DNA of 64,000 bases from Pseudomonadota bacterium (GTDB lineage: Bacteria; Myxococcota; JACRCW01; JAFGSX01), in assembly GCA_043821645.1 (NCBI GenBank), contig JBDRCO010000037.1, positions 96,001 through 160,000 on the forward strand, written 5' to 3'. Made by a program: the position numbers and the translations under genes. Under the pieces are notes generated by a model that was not told the origin of the DNA, searched no databases, and was given only the letters and a program-made list of their open reading frames with translations. The first letter of the stretch is position 1. Every line of letters begins with the position of its first letter. Of the stretch, positions 19,655-29,494 are shown in pieces.

Positions 19655-21201
19655 CCACCCCGACGAGCACACCCGTGGTGATCCCTGCTGCTGTGGCCGA
19701 GGTGCTGCTGCTCGAGGACCGCGCCCAGATCTGGCGTCGCGTCGATGTCGAGCTGGTAGCCGGTGCCAATGTGTTGCGCATCGAGGATGTCACACCCCTG
19801 GTCGCGGATCGCACCCTGACTGCCCGCGCCGGCGGTGCGGTGCGCGTCGACGAGGCGCGGGTGCGACGGCGCTGGCGCATCGGCGCGACCGAGCGACCCA
19901 AGATCGCCGGCGACCTCGAGCGCGAGGAGCAGCGCATCGAGGAGGCCATGGCTCTTGGCGAGGAGTCCATGGCGGCCCTGGATCACAGGCGGCGCCTGCT
20001 GGACTCGGCCCACGCCATGCTGGTGCAGAGCATCAACCGCGAGCTGCCCTACCACGAGGATTTCGAGCCGCGCTGGGAGCAGGGCTTTGCGGCCATTGCC
20101 GACGAGAAAGCAGCTCTGGACGGCCAGTGGATAGACAGGCAGCAGCAGCAACAGGCACTCGAGCGAGAACTCGAGGCCCTGGGTCTGCAGCGCAGCATCC
20201 ACGCGCGTTCCGACGACGAGATCGCGACCTCCATCGAGCTGTGGCTCACCGCCGAGGCCGCGGGGCGCGTGCAGCTCGAGGTCACCTACACCGTGCCGTG
20301 TGCCCTGTGGCGGCCCATTCACCGCGCCACCCTGCGCGGCAGGGCCCTGCGCTTCGAATGCGAGGCCGCCGTGTGGCAGGTCACGGGCGAGGACTGGGAC
20401 CAGGCCCGGCTGCGTTTCTCGACCGCACGTCCCACCCAGCGCGCCGAGCCACCCGTGCTCGAGGACGATCAGCTGCAGGTGCGGCGCAAGACCGAGAAGG
20501 TGGTCAAGGTCGGTCTGCGCGAGACCACCATTGCCACCACTGGAGAGGGCGCGGCCACCCAGGGAGCCCCAGAGTTGCCAGGAGTCGACGACGGCGGCGA
20601 GACCCGCCTGCTCGAGGCCAGCGTGCGAACGTGCATCCCCAGCGACGGGCGCATGCGCCGCATCCCCACCTTCGTCTTCGAAGGTGAGGCCGAGCGCGAC
20701 CACCTGTGCTGCCCCGAGCTGTCGCCCCTGGTGCACCTGCGCTCGCGCCAGGTCAACACGGCTCCGCATCCGCTGCTCGCCGGCCCCGTGGACCTGCTGC
20801 GCGACAGCGGCTACGTCGGTCGCACCCAGATCGGCTTCGTGGCACCGGGTGAGCGCTTTGCCCTGGGCTGGGGCAGCGAGGACAGCCTGCGCGTGCAGCG
20901 CGCCCTGCACGAGCATCGCGACACCACGCGCATCACCGGCAAGCAGACCATCAAACGCGAGATCAAGCTCAGTCTGAGCAACCTGGACGCGTCGCTGGCG
21001 CGCTTCGCGGTTCAGGAGCGGGTGCCGGTGTCCGAGATCGACAAGGTCAAGGTGCAGGTCGAGAAGGACGAGACCAGGCCCCCGGCGGCGCCTGATGCCA
21101 ACGGCATCGTCAGCTGGCCAGTGCAGCTCCCCGGTCGCGACACCGACCACATCACCCTGGTGTACACCCTGACCGCGAGCTCCGACGTCGAGGGGCTGTG
21201 A
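19651..21201 (+). CDS. DUF4140/DUF4139 (MuiA-like) protein, short paralog
   Basis: VLLLEDRAQIWR, YTVPCALWRPIH, QVTGEDW, FSTARP, LLAGPV, VQERVPVSE; ATGA overlap with upstream paralog. Confidence 0.88.
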   Translation: MTTPTSTPVVIPAAVAEVLLLEDRAQIWRRVDVELVAGANVLRIEDVTPLVADRTLTARAGGAVRVDEARVRRRWRIGATERPKIAGDLEREEQRIEEAMALGEESMAALDHRRRLLDSAHAMLVQSINRELPYHEDFEPRWEQGFAAIADEKAALDGQWIDRQQQQQALERELEALGLQRSIHARSDDEIATSIELWLTAEAAGRVQLEVTYTVPCALWRPIHRATLRGRALRFECEAAVWQVTGEDWDQARLRFSTARPTQRAEPPVLEDDQLQVRRKTEKVVKVGLRETTIATTGEGAATQGAPELPGVDDGGETRLLEASVRTCIPSDGRMRRIPTFVFEGEAERDHLCCPELSPLVHLRSRQVNTAPHPLLAGPVDLLRDSGYVGRTQIGFVAPGERFALGWGSEDSLRVQRALHEHRDTTRITGKQTIKREIKLSLSNLDASLARFAVQERVPVSEIDKVKVQVEKDETRPPAAPDANGIVSWPVQLPGRDTDHITLVYTLTASSDVEGL

Positions 21202-21442
21202 GCTCCTGATTCCACACAGCACGCCGTCCCGCCGAAGCCACCTCCGGTCTCGCGCGCTACGCCTTCGTCTCGACCTCTGACGCTGAGCACGCAGCCGACG
21301 CGAAAATCCCGACCTGAACGGCGAGGAATCCAGCCATCTTACAGTGGGAGAAAAGTGGCCATTGGGTATACTTCGCGACCTCGGGGTGGGGACTATCGAC
21401 AGCCGGTGGTGCGCCATCCTTCACCTTCACGCTGGAGGCGAC

Positions 21443-24400
21443 ATGCGTCTGTCCACACTGTTCGGTGTGCCGTTGCTGATGGCTCTGGCCGTCCAGGGCT
21501 GTGATTGCGGCGGCGAGACGCCCGAGACCAAGGATAGCGGGCGACCCGCCGTCGACGCCGGGCGCCAGGACGCCGCGACTCTGGATGCGCTGCAGCCCGA
21601 CACCAGTGGTCAGGACCTCGTCGTCACGGGTGACGCAGCCACGAGCGATTCTGCCATGATCGATGTGCTGGTCCAGGACGCGAGCGCCGGTGACTCGAGC
21701 ACGGCGGATGCAGCAACCACCGACTCCTCGGTGGCAGACATCCTGCTGACCGATGCGGCCGCCGGTGACACCTCGGCAGCAGATGTCACGGGCACCGACG
21801 CGGCTGTGGCCGACGTGGTGACCGGCGACGTGAGCCCGCCCGACGTTCCGCTGCTCGATGCTCTGTCAACGGACACATCGAGCTCGGACAGTGCGCTGGG
21901 CGACGCCACGGTGACCGACGCCGACACGACGGATGCTCAGAGCCAGCCTGATGCCTGGACCCCGACGCCCCTGGCTGCGGCCTGGATCGGCGCCCATGCC
22001 GATTTTCAGGGCTGGCGCAGCGCCACGCGACCGGCCGCGGGAGCCGGTGATGGCATGTTCAGGTACCTGCAGGCGGCGGTGGTGGCCTCGGGCTACCTGT
22101 ACGCCATCGACCACGGCAACGCCCGGCTGAGCAAGTTCGAGCTCAGCACCGGCGCCTTCGTGGGCTGGACCGGAAAGGTCGATATGACGCCGACGGGAGG
22201 TGACACGGGCTGCGCGCAGACACCGTACGGAGTCCTGACCCCTGGTTGGTGCCTGGGTGGCACCTCGCTCCTGACCGTGGGCGGCACAGGCCAGCTGTAC
22301 TCCCCCATGGCCCTCGCCATCGTGGGGGACACGATCTACGTCGCCAACAGCAGCTCCGAGATCTTCAAGTACAGCGCCAGCACGGGCGTGTTCCTGGGGG
22401 CCATCGCCACGACGGGGGTCTACCTGTCGGGCCTCGCTGTCGACGACAGCTTCATCTATGTTTCGAATGGGCAAGGCAGCCGCGTGCTGCGCTACAGCAG
22501 GAGCAGCGAGACCCTCTCGGGCTGGCTGGGCCGTGCCTCCAGCACCCCGGATAGCTGCCTGGCTGGTGCGCTTCCGTCGACGCCGGGCTTCACTGGCGGG
22601 TGGTGCACCGGTGGCGGCTCCGCAAGTGGCACCCTCGATGGCGAGCTCGATAATCCCATGGGGATTGCCCAGGCGGCCGGGAAGCTCTACGTCTCGGACT
22701 ATGGCAACTCGCGGGTACAGCGCTTCGACGCCACCACTGGCGCCTTCGAGGCGTGGCTGGGCACGGTGGGTGCGACCACACCGACACTGGGCGGGGACTG
22801 TGCAGGTCAAGCCTCGGACTACGTGGCGCAGGGATGGTGCACGGGTGGCACCGCTGCGGGGACCAGTGGCAACCACGGGGAGGTGGGTTACAACTTGGCG
22901 CTCCACGTGTCGGGTGGCTCGCTCTTCATCGTGCGCTCGGACTCCCGGGTCTCCAAGTACAACGCGGCCACCGGCGCCTTCATCGGCTGGACAGGTCGCA
23001 TCGGCGACTTCGCACCGGACTCCTGCCTCGCTGGCGTGCCCGACCCGTTCACGGCTCGGGCCACCGCGAGCTGGTGTGTCGGTGGCAGCCACTGGACCGG
23101 AGGCGCAGGCTGGAGGGACGGGCAGCTCGATACCACCAGCGGTGTCTTTGATGATGGCAGTGGAAACCTCTACGTCACGGAATACGCAGCCGGCCGCGTG
23201 CATCGCTTCAACACGGACACCGGCACCGCGACGGGCTGGCTGGGCGGCTCCGCTCTGCCGCCTTCGGGCTGGTCGACCGAGGACCAACCAGGCCCGGCCG
23301 AGGGCTACCTCGACGGCATGCTCGGCAGCGCCACTCGTGTCTGGTGGGATGCTACCCACGATGCCCTGTACGTGACGGCGCTGGCGCGAGTGCTCAAGTT
23401 CGTGGCCTCGACCGGGACTTTTGTCGGATGGGCCGGTCGCACCTCCACGGCACCCGTGAGCTGCGTGGGTGCCGCGCCGGCCACTGTGCCAGGGCCCACG
23501 GGGAGCTGGTGCCAGGGCGGCGTGGCCGAGACCGGGCAGGGCGATGGAGAGTTCGACTGGACGCCGGCCGGACTCTACGTCGACGCGGACTACCTCTATG
23601 TGGCGGACGGGAACAATGGCCGGGTCGTACGCCTGACCCATGACGGAGCCTCTGCCGGCTGGGTGGGCCTCATCGCGGACGATACCGGGATCTCGCCTCC
23701 GGCCTGCGCAAGTGCAGGTACCGGCGCCTTCACCCCGACCTGGTGCAGCGGCGGCAGGGCGGTGGCATATGGTCGAGACTATTTCGGCTACGTCGAGCAG
23801 CTCACGATCTCCGGCACCCTGATGCACGTGGCGGATCTGACCAACAATCGGGTCGACCGCGTGGACCTGACCCCGGACAACTTCACCTTCGTCGGCTGGA
23901 CCGGGCGCGTGGGCAGCAGCAGCGGCAACCAACCGACCTCCTGCCTGGGCGGCTCGACCCCGGGGCTGGGCGAGGCAACCCAGGACTGGTGCCTGGGCGG
24001 CCGCTCCGCCGAGGGAAACGGCGACGGCATGCTTCGTCAACCTCGGGGCCTCACCGTGGATTCTGCAGGCAATCTCTATGTCTCCGATGACAACCACCGG
24101 ATCAGCAAGTTCGCTCCCGATGGGTCCTTCGTGGGCTGGATAGGTTCCAGCTCCAGCACGATCGTGGGCGGGGCTTGCGATGGGTTGAGCGGCGCGCTTC
24201 CGGGCTGGTGCACCGGTGGCACGCCAAATTGGTCCATGATCGACGGCAGCTTCCACGACCCCTATGCCGTCGTCTACGAGCCCAGTAGTGGCGAACTGTA
24301 CGTGGCCAACCTGAACAGCGCGCGGATCGACAGGATAGATGCTGCCACCGGGGCCTTCGTTGGCTGGGCCGGTCGTGTGGGCATCGTGCCGACCGGTGGC

Positions 24401-24583
24401 GATGCGGATTGCACACTCACGCCTGTGGGGGGCCGCACGCCGGGCTGGTGCACGGGGGGCGGCGCCATCGCGGGCAATGGCAATGGTCACTTCAACCCGA
24501 CCGATGTCTTCGTCGAAGACCAGGTGCTGTTCATCGCCGACGGTCAGCGCCACCGCGTCACGCGCCTCGCCAAGCATCCCTGA
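21443..24583 (+). CDS. Large lipoprotein: Asp-pentad stalk plus NHL-repeat beta-propeller(s) with Cys-pair loop insertions
   Basis: GGAGG RBS, lipobox VQGCDC; NHL motifs (PMGIA..LYVSDYGNSRVQRF; PRGLTVDSAGNLYVSD.NHRISKF); repeated GWxG...C...WCxGG. Confidence 0.88.
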   Translation: MRLSTLFGVPLLMALAVQGCDCGGETPETKDSGRPAVDAGRQDAATLDALQPDTSGQDLVVTGDAATSDSAMIDVLVQDASAGDSSTADAATTDSSVADILLTDAAAGDTSAADVTGTDAAVADVVTGDVSPPDVPLLDALSTDTSSSDSALGDATVTDADTTDAQSQPDAWTPTPLAAAWIGAHADFQGWRSATRPAAGAGDGMFRYLQAAVVASGYLYAIDHGNARLSKFELSTGAFVGWTGKVDMTPTGGDTGCAQTPYGVLTPGWCLGGTSLLTVGGTGQLYSPMALAIVGDTIYVANSSSEIFKYSASTGVFLGAIATTGVYLSGLAVDDSFIYVSNGQGSRVLRYSRSSETLSGWLGRASSTPDSCLAGALPSTPGFTGGWCTGGGSASGTLDGELDNPMGIAQAAGKLYVSDYGNSRVQRFDATTGAFEAWLGTVGATTPTLGGDCAGQASDYVAQGWCTGGTAAGTSGNHGEVGYNLALHVSGGSLFIVRSDSRVSKYNAATGAFIGWTGRIGDFAPDSCLAGVPDPFTARATASWCVGGSHWTGGAGWRDGQLDTTSGVFDDGSGNLYVTEYAAGRVHRFNTDTGTATGWLGGSALPPSGWSTEDQPGPAEGYLDGMLGSATRVWWDATHDALYVTALARVLKFVASTGTFVGWAGRTSTAPVSCVGAAPATVPGPTGSWCQGGVAETGQGDGEFDWTPAGLYVDADYLYVADGNNGRVVRLTHDGASAGWVGLIADDTGISPPACASAGTGAFTPTWCSGGRAVAYGRDYFGYVEQLTISGTLMHVADLTNNRVDRVDLTPDNFTFVGWTGRVGSSSGNQPTSCLGGSTPGLGEATQDWCLGGRSAEGNGDGMLRQPRGLTVDSAGNLYVSDDNHRISKFAPDGSFVGWIGSSSSTIVGGACDGLSGALPGWCTGGTPNWSMIDGSFHDPYAVVYEPSSGELYVANLNSARIDRIDAATGAFVGWAGRVGIVPTGGDADCTLTPVGGRTPGWCTGGGAIAGNGNGHFNPTDVFVEDQVLFIADGQRHRVTRLAKHP

Positions 24584-24620
24584 GGCACTGCTCTCATCGA
24601 GATCTCGTGCGTGCCCCGGT

Positions 24621-25694
24621 CTAGCTCCGCCCCACCAGCTGCGGCGCCCGCAGCGTCGAGCGGCGCAGGGCCAGCGCCAGCAACCCACCTGAGAAGAAGC
24701 CACCGATGTGTGCGAACCAGGCCACCTGGGGCATTCCCGCCGAAGCCATCAAGAACTGGTAGCCAATCCAGATGCCGAGATACAGCACCACGCGGACCTT
24801 GATGCGAACGAAGAAGAACACCATCCACAGCTTGACCCGTGGGAACAGCACCAGGTACGCCGCCATCAGACCCGCGACCCCGCCCGACGCCCCGACGCAG
24901 GGGATGGTGGTCGAGGCATTGAAGGCAGCGTGCAGCAGACTCCCGACCAGCACGGCACCCCAGAACACGACGGCGAAGCCGAGCGTGCCCAGTCTGTCCT
25001 CGACGTTGTCGCCGAAGATGTACAGGAAATACATATTGCCGAGGAGGTGAAGCAGGCTCGCGTGCAGCAGCGCGGTGGTGAGCACTCCCCACGGTTGCTC
25101 GCCCCGCCACAGCCGCTCCGGGATGAGAGCCAGCTGCATCACCCCGACCTCGCCGGCTTGCAGCTCCCACACGTAAACGAGGACCAGCGTCAGCAGCGTG
25201 CCGATGAGCATCCACGGTCGACGACGCACGGGGTTGTACACCTCGCGCGGCAGTCCGGTCAGCAGCTGGAACAGATAGGTCCGGGCACCGCCGGCATTGG
25301 CCTCGGCCTGCTCCCTCGCCTCCTGCTCGGCCTGCCAGGCCTCGACGATCTCGACCAGGTGCCTGTCCTCGCCGCCATCGAGCCACAGCCCCTTGCAGCG
25401 ACCGCACACATCCAGGTCCAGCGCCCTGTCACCGCTGCTCAGCCTGAAGGTCTCCATGCGACCGTGACCGTCCGGGCACCGCAGCTTCGATACACCGCGG
25501 GACTGCACCTCCTCGCCGTCGAGCCAGCGTGCAGGTTCGGTCGCGGTACCGTAGAGCTGGGCGGCCTCGCCCGGATCCAGGAACAGACCGCGGCAGCGCG
25601 AACAGCGGTCGGTCTGCGCGACGGCGTCAGCGTGGTGGTCGAGGACAAAGGTGCAGCGTGGGCATTGGCGGGGTGCCGCAGCGGGCGAGTTCAC
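24621..25694 (-). CDS. Rhomboid intramembrane serine protease with two N-terminal zf-TFIIB-like zinc ribbons
   Basis: HLLGNMYFL, GDNVED, VGASGG, AHIGG; CPRC..CSRCRGLFLDPGE and CPDGH..CGRCKGLWLDGGE. Confidence 0.92.
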   Translation of the reverse strand: MNSPAAAPRQCPRCTFVLDHHADAVAQTDRCSRCRGLFLDPGEAAQLYGTATEPARWLDGEEVQSRGVSKLRCPDGHGRMETFRLSSGDRALDLDVCGRCKGLWLDGGEDRHLVEIVEAWQAEQEAREQAEANAGGARTYLFQLLTGLPREVYNPVRRRPWMLIGTLLTLVLVYVWELQAGEVGVMQLALIPERLWRGEQPWGVLTTALLHASLLHLLGNMYFLYIFGDNVEDRLGTLGFAVVFWGAVLVGSLLHAAFNASTTIPCVGASGGVAGLMAAYLVLFPRVKLWMVFFFVRIKVRVVLYLGIWIGYQFLMASAGMPQVAWFAHIGGFFSGGLLALALRRSTLRAPQLVGRS

Positions 25695-25789
25695 GCGCTT
25701 GGTCCCCCCGTGTCGGGTTCGTAGCCAGTGGTCGTTGCCAGCTATCGAAGCACCAAAAGCAGGTCAGCGTCGTCGGGTTCCAAGAGCGC

Positions 25790-26029
25790 TCACAGTTCAA
25801 GCTCACCCTTGGCGTGGGCGCGCATCAGGTAGGCCAGCACCATCAGGTGCACGGCGCGCGGCCGCATCTCGTTGTCGGGCTTGAAGCCCAGGGCCTCGGC
25901 CAGGGACACGAAAACGCCCAACATGTCGTCGCCCACCTCGTCGGTGATGAGCGTGTCCAGGACGTCGGCGGGCAGGTTCTGCATGGCCTTGAGGGCACTG
26001 ACGGCCTTCTTGGAGTTCGGGGCAGTCAT
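25790..26029 (-). CDS. Small hypothetical protein
   Basis: TAGGAG RBS before ATG 26029; 79-aa helical-looking ORF with biased codon use. Confidence 0.65.
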   Translation of the reverse strand: MTAPNSKKAVSALKAMQNLPADVLDTLITDEVGDDMLGVFVSLAEALGFKPDNEMRPRAVHLMVLAYLMRAHAKGELEL

Positions 26030-26145
26030 AAAATCTCCTATCGCGCCGCACGGTGTTTGGGCGCTTCCTGCATGGTGCCTGCCGCCGCCGCCATTCTCAA
26101 GTCTCAATGAGTATGATCCAGTGCGGCTGTCACAGGAGGTCACCC

Positions 26146-28341
26146 ATGGGTGTCCGTTCAAGCACTGCGTCCCCGGTCTCCGTTCATAGCTCGTCAACGC
26201 CATCAACAGTCCCGGCGGCCACAGTGGACAGCGACGTCAACACGACGGGGTCGGGCACTGCGCCCGGGGCGATCGTGGACGTCGATGGCGCGGCCTGGCG
26301 AGATTTTCAGGGCAGCGGTCGGCCCGAGGCGCGCATCCAGGGCCTGAGCACGTCGGCCATGACCTCCACCGGTCTCATCGACGTGCAGTGGGATAAGCCC
26401 GGCGACGCCGTGACCTTCGAGCTGGCGGTCGAGGTCACCGGGGACCCATCCAAGGTCCGGGCCGAGCTGTGGACCAATGCCAATCACAACGCTGAACCTG
26501 CCCGCTACGATGCACTACCCATGACCCTGGCCCGGGTTGACGGGCGCACAGCCGTGTACCGGATCGAGCTGCCTATCGAGAAGCTCGGCAACTACAGAGC
26601 CACCGCCCGGCTGTCTGTTGACGACGGACGCAGCTTCCAGTGGGCTGGTGAGCAAGGTATCCCGGACCTGCGCTTCCGGCCACGCGACGAATCCCACGAC
26701 GCCATGAAGATGGTCGAGGTCAACGTCGGTAACGTCAACTTCGATTCGTCGACGGGCCGACTGGGCACCTTTGCGGACATGATGGAGCCGGGGACGCCCG
26801 AGACCACTGGCAAGTACACCCTCGAGTGGCTGGCCGAGCAGGGCAAGACCGATATCTGGCTGCAGCCGCCCTTCGAGGTCTCCACCATCAACCGTCACCC
26901 CGATGACGACTCGGGCAGCCCCTACGCGGTCAAGGACTTCTTCTCGGTGCGGACCGAGTACTCGCGAGCAGGTCGAGACCTGCAGGGCGAGGACGCCCGG
27001 AACGCGGCCAGCGCGGAGTTCAAGGCCTTCGTGGCCAGGGCGCACAGCCTGGGCATCCAGGTCCACCTCGATGTGGCCCTCAATCATGTCGGCCACAACT
27101 ACGACTTTCGCGATCTGTTCGTGCGCTACGACAACGCGGGCCGCGAGATCCGCGAGGTGCGCAAGGACGACTACGCCAACCTGGCCGTTGGCGATCAGCT
27201 CGAGGTGATCAAGCGCCGCCTCGCCGACCCCAACCTGCCACGCTACATGGAGTACGTCGCGCCCTGGATGTACGGTTCGCGCTTCGGTAACGCGCACGGT
27301 GCCCAGAGCGTCGACGAGAAGGCGGCCGGGGGCTGGGGTCAGTGGTACGACACGGCCCAGCTCAACCATGGCGGACACTTTGGTGAGGAGCCCCACCCCG
27401 AGTCCCAGGAGGCTGCGGCGGTGCGCGGCTGGCTGACCCGCGTGCTGCAGTACTGGTCCGTGGACATGGACGTCGACGGTTTCCGTCTTGACCACTTGAC
27501 CGGCCTGCCAACGCGCTTTCTCGAGGAGGCCTTCAACCTGGCCCAGGCCGACGTGGACAGGCATCAGCCCGGCAAGCGTCTGTTCGTGATGGGCGAGGAT
27601 TTCCACAACGTCGACAACACCCGTCACTACCTCGACGCCATCCAGGGCGGGTGGTTCCACAACTTCATTCGGGCACAGACACCGGCGGACCTCGAGCACA
27701 TCGTCCAGGACCCCAACTTCAAGCGCAACCTGCTCAACCTCTCCAGCCACGACGAGGAGCGCTTCATCAACGCCTTCGGTGAGAACTACCGCGCAGCCAC
27801 GCGACTGGGCTGCCTGCTTCATTTATTCGGTGGTCCGTCGATGGAGGTGGCAGGCGACGAGTTCGGCGAGCGCCAGAAGATGCTGTTCAAGCAGCTGCGT
27901 GGCCTGCCCGCTCTGCGTTCCATCGACAGCGTCAAGAAGGAGATCGCCACCGCCTACCGTCGTGCCAGCAAGGCCACCCGGACCTTGCCAGCCCTGCAAG
28001 ATGACAATCGCGTGTTCCTGCAACCCCGGACCGGCGGTCCCGATCCGCACCTGCTCGCCGTGAGCCGCAATGTCGACGCGAACAAGCCCGGTCAAGCCGT
28101 GCTGGTCGTCGCCAACCTTCACAACGATCGGACGCGCGAGAATGCCTTCAAGCTCGACGACGAGACGCGGCGTCGCATCGATCCCGATCGACGCTATCAG
28201 GTGCGAGATCTGATGGCCGATGATCCGCATGCTTCGCTGTGGGATCCGCCTCTCCTGGGGCGAGAGCTTCTCGAAGGTGGCCTGTTCTGTCGCCTGCGCC
28301 CCTACCAGATCCAGGTGCTGGATCTGCAGCCCGTCGACTGA
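26146..28341 (+). CDS. GH13 alpha-amylase-family glycoside hydrolase
   Basis: AGGAGGT RBS; GSPYAVKDF, LDVALNH, DGFRLDH (nucleophile Asp), GEDF, SHDEER. Confidence 0.9.
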   Translation: MGVRSSTASPVSVHSSSTPSTVPAATVDSDVNTTGSGTAPGAIVDVDGAAWRDFQGSGRPEARIQGLSTSAMTSTGLIDVQWDKPGDAVTFELAVEVTGDPSKVRAELWTNANHNAEPARYDALPMTLARVDGRTAVYRIELPIEKLGNYRATARLSVDDGRSFQWAGEQGIPDLRFRPRDESHDAMKMVEVNVGNVNFDSSTGRLGTFADMMEPGTPETTGKYTLEWLAEQGKTDIWLQPPFEVSTINRHPDDDSGSPYAVKDFFSVRTEYSRAGRDLQGEDARNAASAEFKAFVARAHSLGIQVHLDVALNHVGHNYDFRDLFVRYDNAGREIREVRKDDYANLAVGDQLEVIKRRLADPNLPRYMEYVAPWMYGSRFGNAHGAQSVDEKAAGGWGQWYDTAQLNHGGHFGEEPHPESQEAAAVRGWLTRVLQYWSVDMDVDGFRLDHLTGLPTRFLEEAFNLAQADVDRHQPGKRLFVMGEDFHNVDNTRHYLDAIQGGWFHNFIRAQTPADLEHIVQDPNFKRNLLNLSSHDEERFINAFGENYRAATRLGCLLHLFGGPSMEVAGDEFGERQKMLFKQLRGLPALRSIDSVKKEIATAYRRASKATRTLPALQDDNRVFLQPRTGGPDPHLLAVSRNVDANKPGQAVLVVANLHNDRTRENAFKLDDETRRRIDPDRRYQVRDLMADDPHASLWDPPLLGRELLEGGLFCRLRPYQIQVLDLQPVD

Positions 28342-28489
28342 TTCTCCTGAAGTTGCGGAGTTTTCTCGAAGGCGATGAACCCGGAGCGTGTCCACGCTTG
28401 GCTGGACCGCTGTCCCTCGATACCTTGCCGGCGCCGGTGGGCACCGCGTTGATCGGGCTGACCTTGCACAGACGGAGGCGTGGGCAGGC

Positions 28490-29494
28490 GTGGCAGAGAA
28501 CGACAACCAGAGGCGCTACCCGCGCATCGATGCCGCGGTGACCGCTCGCCTCAGCGGTGGACGGCGCAGCCTCGCCCTGCAGACCGTCAACGTGAGTCGA
28601 AATGGCGTGTTCGTGCGCACCGAGCAGCCCCTGCCCGAGCGCCACCTGATCAAGCTCTGCTTCCAGATCCCCGGCGGACGCACCATCGACGTCGTGGGCA
28701 TGGTGGCGCGCTCGAGTGCATCCGGCGATGGACATCCCCTCGGCGTGGGCATGGGTATCAACTTCTTTGCCATGTCCAAGGACGACCGCCGGGACTGGGA
28801 TCGCTTCTGCTTGGAGCTGGAGCGCAAGCCGCACTACCGGGCCAGCCTCGAGCGGGACGAGGAGCAGGCGAGGGAAACGGCACAAGCTGGCCTGCTGCCC
28901 TCCGAACCCGATGCTCCGGCTGCACCGTCCACGCCAGGTGTGTCTCCGGCGAGTGTGCTCACATCCGCGCCTGCGACCGGACAGGGCGGCCTTGTGAACA
29001 GTGCCGAGCTGGCTCCCGGTTTTTCTGCACCGCTGGAGGGGCTCGAAGAACTGGACGATCTCGACGTGGAGGTCGAGGCGTCGGAAGAGGTCGAGGTTCC
29101 CCTGGTCCCCTCGGTGCCATCCTGGGGCGAGACCGACGATGATCTGGACGTCACCTTCATCTCCGACGACATCGAGATCACCGTCCTCGTGGACGAGTAC
29201 GAGACCTCCGTCGACGATCCCGGCGCGCGCATCAGTGATGAAGTGTCGCTGGATCCCAACTCCCCGCACACCCACACGGCACTTGGGCGCGTCCTGCTCG
29301 AGCAGCTGGAGGACCCGGACTCGGCCGTCAAGGCGCTGCAGCGGGCCCTGGAGTGCGACCCCGACTACCTCGAGGCCCACCAGTTGCTGCGCCTGGCCTA
29401 TGCCCTGCTCGGGCAGTCCGAGAAGGCGATGGAGCACCTGCGCATCGCCAGGCGGCTCGAACACATCGTCCCGGATGAGGCTGGGCGCTTCTGA
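28490..29494 (+). CDS. PilZ-domain protein with acidic linker and C-terminal TPR
   Basis: RRYPR (RxxxR), NVSRNG (N/DxSxxG), GMGINF; TPR AVKALQRALECDPDYLEAHQLL. Confidence 0.85.
   Translation: MAENDNQRRYPRIDAAVTARLSGGRRSLALQTVNVSRNGVFVRTEQPLPERHLIKLCFQIPGGRTIDVVGMVARSSASGDGHPLGVGMGINFFAMSKDDRRDWDRFCLELERKPHYRASLERDEEQARETAQAGLLPSEPDAPAAPSTPGVSPASVLTSAPATGQGGLVNSAELAPGFSAPLEGLEELDDLDVEVEASEEVEVPLVPSVPSWGETDDDLDVTFISDDIEITVLVDEYETSVDDPGARISDEVSLDPNSPHTHTALGRVLLEQLEDPDSAVKALQRALECDPDYLEAHQLLRLAYALLGQSEKAMEHLRIARRLEHIVPDEAGRF

Noticed and set aside
17207-21417. 740-aa and 610-aa minus-strand ORFs
   Set aside because: Antisense to the DUF4139 pair; no domain signatures.
21866-24703. 945-aa minus-strand ORF
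   Set aside because: Antisense shadow of the NHL lipoprotein; Ala/Arg/Gly-rich with no motifs, as expected in high-GC DNA.
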